Positions 1 to 7,743 of a stretch of 37,035 bases of DNA are shown in pieces. The DNA comes from an uncultured Mycoplasma sp. (GTDB taxonomy: Bacteria; Bacillota_I; Bacilli_A; RF39; UBA660). The stretch's first letter is position 1, and every line of letters begins with the position of its first letter. The notes beneath the pieces were generated by a model. The model made no database searches. It saw nothing but the letters and a program-made list of their open reading frames with translations, and was not told where the DNA came from. Made by a program: the position numbers and the translations under genes. The stretch spans positions 1-37,035 of the forward strand of contig CAZEAD010000001.1 in the NCBI GenBank assembly GCA_964510115.1, given 5' to 3'.

Positions 1-49
1 TCTATATTATTAAAATACAGCGTTTGCCTAAAACATTATCTATTATATT

Positions 50-388
50 TTATTCATCCTTTCCAAAAATAACTTTTTCCAAATTAGACAATCTTTTCAA
101 AATGTCAATATTACTAGTACCAGTATTCTGTTGAGAACTAGCTTTTGCTATTTCAACATTTACATTAGCATCTCGAAGCTCTTGTTTAAGTTTTAAGATT
201 TCATCAGAAAGCTCATCTTTTTCAGCTTCCTGTTTTTTTATCAAATCAATAAGCATTTGATAATCCTGAATAATCAAATCTAAAAACTGATCAACTTCCT
301 TTAACCTGTATCCACGTGTATCTATCTTAAACTCTTTTTCCAAAATATCATCTGGAGTCAAATTAAGTTTATTTTGATACATATGCAT
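50..388 (-). CDS. gpsB: GpsB, DivIVA-domain cell-division/elongation adaptor
   Basis: N-terminal LTPDDILEKEFKIDTRGYRLKEVDQFLDLIIQDY and C-terminal NIDILKRLSNLEKVIFG closely parallel B. subtilis GpsB as recalled. The ORF-track start is TTG at 394. ATG at 388 (AAAGG 6 nt upstream) or ATG at 382 is more likely. Stop is TAA at 50-52. Confidence 0.9.
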   Translation of the reverse strand: MHMYQNKLNLTPDDILEKEFKIDTRGYRLKEVDQFLDLIIQDYQMLIDLIKKQEAEKDELSDEILKLKQELRDANVNVEIAKASSQQNTGTSNIDILKRLSNLEKVIFGKDE

Positions 389-731
389 CACCAACCTTTT
401 ACAATATTAATTTTAAAAAAAAAATAGTATTTTGTCAATCGCGAAAAAGAACAATAAATATATTAATTAACAAACAAAATCTATTCAAAACAAACAATAA
501 TACTAATAAAAAAAGAAAAACAAACAAAAAAGCAATTCAAAACTTGCTTTTTAAAAAATTTAAATAATAATCACTTTTTACCAATTTAGTTTTATTTATC
601 ATCATTTTCAAAGCCACTTCTACATCATCACTTTTCATATCCACCATCCTTACTCTTTACTATACTTTACATTATTTTCAAACTAATTTCACTCACTTCG
701 ACAAAACTTTCCATTTTTTACTCTAAAAAAG

Positions 732-760
732 ATGAAAAAATAATTTATATATAGTATAAT
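732..760 (+). promoter_or_regulatory. Candidate sigma-A promoter for recU-ponA
   Basis: -35-like ATGAAA at 732-737, 17-nt spacer, TATAAT at 755-760. Its closeness to ATG 767 argues that translation starts at GTG 779, which follows GGTGA at 769-773. Confidence 0.35.
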
Positions 761-766
761 TTTAAT

Positions 767-1345
767 ATGGTGATCAACGTGATAAAGTATCCAAATAATA
801 TTATAAAAACAAATAAAACAAAAGTTAAAACATATGGTAATCGTGGTATGACTCTTGAAAATGACATAAATCTTACAAACGAATACTATTTAGAAAACAA
901 CATCGCAGTAATATATAAAAAACCAACCCCTATTGCAGTTGTAAAACAACAAAACAATAGAATCGTTGATGCTTATTTCAAATCACCTTCAACTACTGAC
1001 TACAATGGATTATACAAAGGAAAATATATCGACTTTGAAGCAAAAGAAACAACTATTAAAACCTCATTTCCCTTACATAATATCCATAAACATCAAATAA
1101 AACATATGAGTAAAGTAGTAGAAAATGGAGTAATATGTTTTTTAATAGTTAGATTTACCACTTTAAATGAAACATACCTATTATATGCTGAAGACTTCAT
1201 ATCTTTTATCACTACAAACAATAAAAAATCTATTCCATACAACTATTTTAAAGAAATGGGATATCTTATAAAAACTAACATCAACCCAAATCTTGACTAT
1301 ATAAAAATAGTAGATCAAAAAATAGATCAAAAAGGAGAAATATAA
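767..1345 (+). CDS. recU: Holliday junction resolvase RecU
   Basis: YGNRGMTLENDINLTNEYYL, IYKKPTPI, STTDYNGLYKGKYIDFEAKET and SFPLHNIHKHQIKHM match the RecU core. The stop lies 1 nt before the PBP1A start, the classic recU-ponA arrangement. The true start may be GTG 779, giving M-IKYPNN (compare B. subtilis MIRYPNG). Confidence 0.93.
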   Translation: MVINVIKYPNNIIKTNKTKVKTYGNRGMTLENDINLTNEYYLENNIAVIYKKPTPIAVVKQQNNRIVDAYFKSPSTTDYNGLYKGKYIDFEAKETTIKTSFPLHNIHKHQIKHMSKVVENGVICFLIVRFTTLNETYLLYAEDFISFITTNNKKSIPYNYFKEMGYLIKTNINPNLDYIKIVDQKIDQKGEI

Positions 1346-1346
1346 A

Positions 1347-4169
1347 ATGGAAAAAGCTAAAAACAAAAATAAAGAAAGTAAAACAAAAGCAAAAACAAAA
1401 CCAACTACAACTAAAGTTGAAAAAACAACAACTCCAAAACCAAAACAAAAGAAAAAGAAAATTAGCAACTTTTACAAACTAGTATTACTAGTTGCTGGAA
1501 TTATAACATTCATTGTATGTTATTGCTTATTTGGAACCTTAATAGCAGCCGCAGCAGTACTAGCATATACAGTTCTAGTTTTAATCACAATGATTCTAGA
1601 TACAAATCCTAAAGATAGTAAAAAAAGAAAAATCTTCAAAGTATTTATGATTTTCTGTTTAACAGTTGGAATCATTGGAATATGTGCATTCATCGGTTTC
1701 TTTACCTACATTGCCATAAAAGCACCAGAACTTGATGTTTCAAAACTAGAGCAAACCGAAACATCAATACTTTATGATAATAAAAATCAAATAATCACCT
1801 CTCTTGGAAGTGAAAAACGTGAAAATATAACTTACGACGAATTACCAGAAGTTTTAGTAGACGCCATAGTAGCAACCGAAGATTCAAGATTCTTTCAACA
1901 TAATGGCTTTGATGCCGCAAGATTCTTAAAAGCTTCCTTAGGACAACTTGCTGGTTCATCTGGAGCAGGTGGAGCATCTACCCTAACAATGCAAATATCT
2001 AAAAAAACTCTATCTAGCGAAGACGTTTCTATTACTCGTAAATTTACTGATATATACTTATCAATATTTAAATTAGAAAAAGCTTTTACAAAAGAAGAAA
2101 TATTTGAATATTATGTTAACATTCCATTTCTAGGAAGTAACTCATCCGGAGTAGAACAAGCTTCCCTAACCTATTTTGGAAAACATGCCTACGAATTAAG
2201 CTTAGCAGAAGCATCTATAATCGCTGGACTATTCCAAGCACCATCAGAATATGATCCATACGTTAATCCAGAAAATGCTGCAGAAAGACAAGACACTGTA
2301 TTAAACTTAATGGTTAACCATGGATACATCACCAAAGAAGAAAAAGAAATAGTTCAACAAATAAAAGTAACTGATTTACTTTTAAAAGATGAAAACGAAT
2401 CAAGTAATGAATATCAAAGTTACATTGATATGGTAGTAAAAGAGCTATCAGATAAATTTGGAATCAATCCTTATGAAGTACCAATTCTAGTTTACACTAA
2501 TATGGATCGTACAAAACAAGAAGGAATTTATGATGTCTTTACTGGTAAAACTTATGACTGGCCTAATAAAACAATTCAAGGTGGAGTAGCAGCAATTGAA
2601 AGTAGAACAGGAAAAATTATTGCCATTGGTGGTGGAAGAAACAGAACAGGAGCTATGCAATTAAACTATGCAACTGACATCAAAAAACAAATTGGTTCAA
2701 CAGCAAAACCATTATTCGATTACGCCCCAGGAATAGAATATAACAATTGGTCAACAGCTCAAACATTTAACGATGTTCCATACACTTATAGTAATGGCGC
2801 TAAAATGACCAACTACGACAGTGCCTATAAAGGAAAGATAACCCTACGTTACTCACTAAGAGATTCAAGAAACGTTCCAGCATTACAAGCATTTCAAAAA
2901 GTTGATAATGCTAAAATAAAACAATTTGTTACATCTTTAGGACTTACTCCTGAAATTGATTCAACTGGATACTTACATGAAGCTCATTCAATCGGAGCAT
3001 TCAATGGTGCTTCTCCTCTTCAACTGGCCGCTGCATATGCTGCTTTCTCAAATGGTGGATATTATTACGAACCATATACTATTAATAAAATAGTTTTCAG
3101 AAATAGTAACGATGAAATAACCAATGAATCTGAAAAAGTTAAAGTTATGAGTGATTCTACTGCATACATGATAACCGACATATTAAAAGGTGTTGCCCAA
3201 GACATTGGAATTACCTCTATAGTATCAGGACAAATCGCAGCCAAAACCGGAACTACTAATTATGACGATGCTACATTAAGAGCTATGAACTACCCTTCAA
3301 ACGCTACTCCAGATGGTTGGATCGCAGGATACACTCCAGAAATAGCTATGGCTATGTGGACTGGATTCGACGAAAACAAAAAAGGAGTTTATTTAACCCA
3401 AAGCCAAATGGTACGTCAAAGAAATGGCCTATACAGAGCATGTGCCAAAGTAGTTATGAAAGGACAAACAAAAAACTTTACTAAACCATCAAGCGTTATT
3501 GCAGTAACAGTCGAAGCTGGAACAAACCCTATAATGCTTCCAAGTGCTAACACTCCAAAAAATAAACAAATAACAGAACTATTCAAAAGAGGTACAGAAC
3601 CAACAGAAATTTCTATTACCTATCGTACTCTTGATAATCCAAGAAATCTTACTGGAACTCCAACAAATGGTGGTGTAACTCTAAACTGGGATTCAGTTCC
3701 TCTACCATCAGACTTAGAAAACAACAACTATGGAAATTATGGATACAAAATATATCTAAATGGAAAATATCTAGGATTTACAACCAAAACAACTTATTTT
3801 CATGCATCAAGTAGTCAAACCGGAGAATATACAGTTAAAACAGGATTCGAAAATTCTAATCAACATCTAAGTTCTGGAGTATCAATAACTTTAAGACAGA
3901 CAATAGATATCATCTATAATGAATCAAATGAAGTAACAATAAAAGTTGGCGATGGCTATACAGAACTAGATAAACCAATTACAGTTACATTAAATGGTGA
4001 AGATGTAACAAACGAAGCAACAATCAGCAGAAGCATTTTTGATGTAACAAATAACCAAACAGTAACAGAAATAAATACAACAGTCGCCGGAGAATACCAA
4101 ATAACCTTCACTGTTACCTATAAAAACTCAACCAAAAGCTTTACAAAAGTTGTCAAAATTATTGACTAA
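1347..4169 (+). CDS. ponA: Class A penicillin-binding protein (bifunctional GT51 transglycosylase/transpeptidase, PBP1A-like)
   Basis: GT51 motifs EDSRFFQHNGFD and GASTLTMQ. Transpeptidase SxxK (STAKP), SxN (SRN) and KTG (KTGTT). Lys-rich cytoplasmic tail plus TM helix at the N-terminus. FN3-like and Ig-like modules at the C-terminus. AAGGAG RBS upstream. Confidence 0.93.
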   Translation: MEKAKNKNKESKTKAKTKPTTTKVEKTTTPKPKQKKKKISNFYKLVLLVAGIITFIVCYCLFGTLIAAAAVLAYTVLVLITMILDTNPKDSKKRKIFKVFMIFCLTVGIIGICAFIGFFTYIAIKAPELDVSKLEQTETSILYDNKNQIITSLGSEKRENITYDELPEVLVDAIVATEDSRFFQHNGFDAARFLKASLGQLAGSSGAGGASTLTMQISKKTLSSEDVSITRKFTDIYLSIFKLEKAFTKEEIFEYYVNIPFLGSNSSGVEQASLTYFGKHAYELSLAEASIIAGLFQAPSEYDPYVNPENAAERQDTVLNLMVNHGYITKEEKEIVQQIKVTDLLLKDENESSNEYQSYIDMVVKELSDKFGINPYEVPILVYTNMDRTKQEGIYDVFTGKTYDWPNKTIQGGVAAIESRTGKIIAIGGGRNRTGAMQLNYATDIKKQIGSTAKPLFDYAPGIEYNNWSTAQTFNDVPYTYSNGAKMTNYDSAYKGKITLRYSLRDSRNVPALQAFQKVDNAKIKQFVTSLGLTPEIDSTGYLHEAHSIGAFNGASPLQLAAAYAAFSNGGYYYEPYTINKIVFRNSNDEITNESEKVKVMSDSTAYMITDILKGVAQDIGITSIVSGQIAAKTGTTNYDDATLRAMNYPSNATPDGWIAGYTPEIAMAMWTGFDENKKGVYLTQSQMVRQRNGLYRACAKVVMKGQTKNFTKPSSVIAVTVEAGTNPIMLPSANTPKNKQITELFKRGTEPTEISITYRTLDNPRNLTGTPTNGGVTLNWDSVPLPSDLENNNYGNYGYKIYLNGKYLGFTTKTTYFHASSSQTGEYTVKTGFENSNQHLSSGVSITLRQTIDIIYNESNEVTIKVGDGYTELDKPITVTLNGEDVTNEATISRSIFDVTNNQTVTEINTTVAGEYQITFTVTYKNSTKSFTKVVKIID

Positions 4170-4170
4170 A

Positions 4171-4199
4171 AAAGAATCTTCCAAAAGAAGATTTTTTTT
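4171..4199 (+). terminator. Rho-independent terminator after ponA
   Basis: 7-bp stem AATCTTC/GAAGATT with loop CAAAA, followed by a T7 run. Confidence 0.5.
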
Positions 4200-4203
4200 A
4201 TTA

Positions 4204-4232
4204 TTGATAAGGTTTTTTATTTGCTATATAAT
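4204..4232 (+). promoter_or_regulatory. Sigma-A promoter for the LCP gene
   Basis: TTGATA (4204-4209), exactly 17 nt, TATAAT (4227-4232). AAGGAG RBS and ATG 4264 lie downstream. Confidence 0.55.
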
Positions 4233-4263
4233 AATAATATAGTACATTAAAAGGAGCTTTATT

Positions 4264-6321
4264 ATGAAAAAAGAAAAAGAGAAAAAAAGTACAAAAGAAA
4301 AACAAGATACAAGAGAAAATAAAAAATCTAATAAACTACTATATATGATTCCAAGTATACTACTAACAATAAGTGCTATCTTTATAATATATACTATTAC
4401 ATTAATAAGTGGAATTGAAACAGAACTACGAATAATCGCCATAATCGCTTTAATACTTATCAATATCTTATTATTAGTAACCTTTAAAAAACTTTATAAA
4501 AAGAAAAAGATAAGTAGTACCCTAATCTTAATCTTCTGCTTTTTAATTGGCTTTTGTATTCAAACATTCGTTGGAATATTTGTCTATAAAACATATGCAT
4601 CAATCGATAACATGAACAAAGACAAAATAACTTACGAAACAGTAATAATAACCCTTAAAAATAGTAAAATGACTTCCAATAACATCAAAAGTGGTAAAAT
4701 TGGAATAGTAAAAGATGAAAGTTCAATAGATGGTTATCTAATAGGACTTGATCTAATAAAAAGTAATAATATTTCAGAAGAAAATATTACCTACTACAAC
4801 GATAACTCAATCATGGTCGCAGGATTATATGATAAAGAAGTAGATGCTATTATCATATCAAACAACTACCCTAGCATGTTTAGAGCAATAGATAAATTTA
4901 AAGACATCGAAGACGATACCAGAGTAATAGCTAATAAAGAAAAAACATATACCAAAAAAGAAATAGAAAAAATAACTGGAGAAAAAAATAAAACCCCAAT
5001 TAGTAATGCCAATAGTATTACAGAACCATTCACCATGTTAATCATGGGTATCGACTCTACTAAAGAAAACCTATCAAAAAATGCCACTGGTAATGGTGAT
5101 GCTCTAATGGTCGTAACATTTAATCCTAAAACATTAAATGCTACAATCCTAAGTATTCCAAGAGACACATATGTTCCAATCGCATGTTTCGCTAACCAAA
5201 AAGAAAACAAAATAACCCATGCTGCTTGGAATGGTGAATCTTGCATGATGAAAACAATTGAAAACTTTACCGGTATTCCAATCGATTATTATGTAAAAAT
5301 AAACTTCAAAGGAGTCGTAAAATTAGTCGATGCCCTAGGAGGAATAGATGTTAATGTTCCAATAGAATTCTGTGAACAAAACAGCGATCGTAAAAAAGAT
5401 AAAAACCATCAACTATGTCTTAAAAAAGGTTTCCAAAATATTAATGGTGAAGAAGCACTAGCCTTAGCAAGGCATAGAAAAACACTATTAACCGGAGACA
5501 TTCAACGTGGAGAAAATCAACAAATAGTAGTCCAAGGAATTTTAAATAAAGCTAAATCTATAAAAAGCCCTACTGATGCATTAAATATCCTAAATGCAAT
5601 AAGTAACAGTATGGATACAAACTTTACAACCAAACAAATACTTTCCTTTTACGATATAGCTAAAACCATTTTAATGACTAGTAGTAGTGAAAATCCATTT
5701 AACATCCAACAACTTCAACTAGCAGGATCAAGTCAAATGATTTATGATGAAAGTATGAGATTAGTATTATATAACTACATTCCTAACCAAGACAGTATTG
5801 ATTTAATAGTCAAAGCTATGAAAGAAAACTTAGGTATCAATAAAATAAATCATACCTATAAAACACTTGATTTCAACATTGAAGAAACATACACAACTAA
5901 TCCAATTGGAAAAAGCGGAATTGGCGCAACAAGATTATACACTCTCCTACCAAACTTCACTAATTCCAGTCAAGGATATGCCCAATCTTGGTTAAGTTCA
6001 AGAGGAATTAAAGTATCAATCGTCGAAAAAGAAGTAACTCAAGGTAAATCAGGAATCGTCTTAGAACAAAGTTTACCAGCAAGCAAAAGAGTCGATTTAA
6101 TTGGCAATTCTGGTATAACATTAACTATTTCTAAATTAAAGAGTACTACTCCAGTAGCGCCTCCAGTTACACCATCAAATCCAGATAATGAAAATAACGA
6201 AAATAATAATGAAAACAACAATCAAAATCCTGGTGATAACAACGATAACAATCAAAACACCGAAGATAACAATAATACCAATCCTGACGATAACAATGAA
6301 AATAGCACACCAGAATCTTAA
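4264..6321 (+). CDS. LytR-CpsA-Psr (LCP) family cell-wall glycopolymer ligase with PASTA-like module and Asn/Asp-rich tail
   Basis: The LCP core reads FTMLIMGIDS..GDALMVVTFNP..LSIPRDTYVPI..YYVKINFKGVVKLVDALGGIDVNVP..GEEALALARHRK..GDIQRGENQQ. The N-terminus has a Lys-rich tail and TM helices. The C-terminus has a PASTA-like stretch and an NDE-rich low-complexity tail. Confidence 0.85.
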   Translation: MKKEKEKKSTKEKQDTRENKKSNKLLYMIPSILLTISAIFIIYTITLISGIETELRIIAIIALILINILLLVTFKKLYKKKKISSTLILIFCFLIGFCIQTFVGIFVYKTYASIDNMNKDKITYETVIITLKNSKMTSNNIKSGKIGIVKDESSIDGYLIGLDLIKSNNISEENITYYNDNSIMVAGLYDKEVDAIIISNNYPSMFRAIDKFKDIEDDTRVIANKEKTYTKKEIEKITGEKNKTPISNANSITEPFTMLIMGIDSTKENLSKNATGNGDALMVVTFNPKTLNATILSIPRDTYVPIACFANQKENKITHAAWNGESCMMKTIENFTGIPIDYYVKINFKGVVKLVDALGGIDVNVPIEFCEQNSDRKKDKNHQLCLKKGFQNINGEEALALARHRKTLLTGDIQRGENQQIVVQGILNKAKSIKSPTDALNILNAISNSMDTNFTTKQILSFYDIAKTILMTSSSENPFNIQQLQLAGSSQMIYDESMRLVLYNYIPNQDSIDLIVKAMKENLGINKINHTYKTLDFNIEETYTTNPIGKSGIGATRLYTLLPNFTNSSQGYAQSWLSSRGIKVSIVEKEVTQGKSGIVLEQSLPASKRVDLIGNSGITLTISKLKSTTPVAPPVTPSNPDNENNENNNENNNQNPGDNNDNNQNTEDNNNTNPDDNNENSTPES

Positions 6322-6330
6322 TAAAATATC

Positions 6331-6367
6331 AAAAAGATCTAGAAAAATCCTTTCTAGATCTTTTTTT
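6331..6367. terminator. Bidirectional intrinsic terminator between convergent genes
   Basis: Perfect 15-bp inverted repeat AAAAAGATCTAGAAA / TTTCTAGATCTTTTT with a 5-nt loop. It is flanked by A and T runs on both sides. Confidence 0.75.
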
Positions 6368-6456
6368 AATTCAAACACCCTCAAATAAAACATTTAAAAA
6401 CATCTCTAATGAGATGTAATTTTTTATAAATATAAAATTTTTCAAAATATTAACTT

Positions 6457-7296
6457 TTATTCTTTTTCCAGATTTCTTGCCAAAAAGAATCCCCATAAGA
6501 AAGCAATCAAACATGTAATTACAGTTAAGAATGTAAAATTGAAATCTTTGATTTGAGTAATCAAAACTACAACTGAAGATAAAACAAAACCAGTTATAGC
6601 AAAATATGTTTTAACTTCATGCTTTTTAATAAGATAAGAAATTAATTTAGCAATTAAAATTATTCCTAATAATACTCCTACTCCAAAAGGAAGTAAAATC
6701 ATTAAATTTTGTCCTAAAAGATTAATATGAATCAAATTAGAAACAGTTTCTATAATTCCTTCATAATAACCAAATAACATCAATATAAATGATCCACTTA
6801 TTCCTGGAATTACCATCGCTCCACTAGCAAAAGCACCAGCAAAAAATAATTTAATATAATCAAATACTTTTAGATTAGAAAAACTTACAACATTATCTGT
6901 TGCCATAAAATTAAAAGCTACAACAATTGCAAAAGTTATTAAAAATATTATAATATTCCAAACATTAAAATTACCTTTTACCTTTTTAGTAATAAGAGAA
7001 ATACCACCAATTATTAATCCTACAAATAAAAATATAGTCTGAGCTTGAAAATTCTTCAAAGCATAAGTAACTAAGTTACTACCAGACAAAATTCCCACTA
7101 CAGCACCTAAAATAATAGGTAACAACGCTAAAAAATTTTCTTTAATATTTCTAAAAAAATTACCAATAGCATCTAATAATAATTCGTAAATTCCAAGAGA
7201 AACAGCAAGAGTACCACCACTGACTCCAGGAATAATATTAGCAATACCAATAATAATTCCCTTAATAAAAAGCAAAAATCTATCCTTAAGTCTCAT
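6457..7296 (-). CDS. DUF368 family polytopic membrane protein (PopT-like candidate undecaprenyl-phosphate translocase)
   Basis: Internally duplicated DUF368 signature: IPGVSGGTLAVSLGIYE and IPGISGSFILMLFGYYE. Hydrophobic multi-TM profile throughout. Confidence 0.8.
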   Translation of the reverse strand: MRLKDRFLLFIKGIIIGIANIIPGVSGGTLAVSLGIYELLLDAIGNFFRNIKENFLALLPIILGAVVGILSGSNLVTYALKNFQAQTIFLFVGLIIGGISLITKKVKGNFNVWNIIIFLITFAIVVAFNFMATDNVVSFSNLKVFDYIKLFFAGAFASGAMVIPGISGSFILMLFGYYEGIIETVSNLIHINLLGQNLMILLPFGVGVLLGIILIAKLISYLIKKHEVKTYFAITGFVLSSVVVLITQIKDFNFTFLTVITCLIAFLWGFFLARNLEKE

Positions 7297-7300
7297 TTAA

Positions 7301-7600
7301 TTATTCAGAAACATCTTTCATAAACCAAAGCTTTAACTGTAACAATACTTTTTCCCCTACTTCTTCTTGCTTTACAATTTTATAGATCTTACCATCATAA
7401 ACTGTAACATAACTATTTCCATGTTGATATGGTTCTTTCTTCTCCATCATGTATGGTTCTTCATCTTTACTTATTCTACTAAAATTAACATAACCCAAAA
7501 TAAAATAAGCAACTAATAATAATACTAAAATATCTACAATTATAATGATAATTCTTTTTGTCATATTCTTTTTAGGTTCTGGCATAGTAGCATCTTTCAT
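7301..7600 (-). CDS. Small single-pass membrane protein, unknown function, cotranscribed with the DUF368 gene
   Basis: One TM helix (IIIIIVDILVLLLVAYFILGYV) and a short extracytoplasmic domain. Its stop is 4 nt from the DUF368 start. GGAGGG abuts the ORF-track ATG at 7606, so the ATG at 7600 (6-nt spacer) is the likelier start. Confidence 0.6.
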   Translation of the reverse strand: MKDATMPEPKKNMTKRIIIIIVDILVLLLVAYFILGYVNFSRISKDEEPYMMEKKEPYQHGNSYVTVYDGKIYKIVKQEEVGEKVLLQLKLWFMKDVSE

Positions 7601-7743
7601 ATTCATCCCTCCAATTATAATTATAACTTAAAATCCATAAGAAAAACAATATATTTTAATAAATAAACAAAACTAAACAACAAACCTTACCCCCTATTGT
7701 TATTTTTCATAAAATAAATCATAAACTTTATCAGGTGATTACC

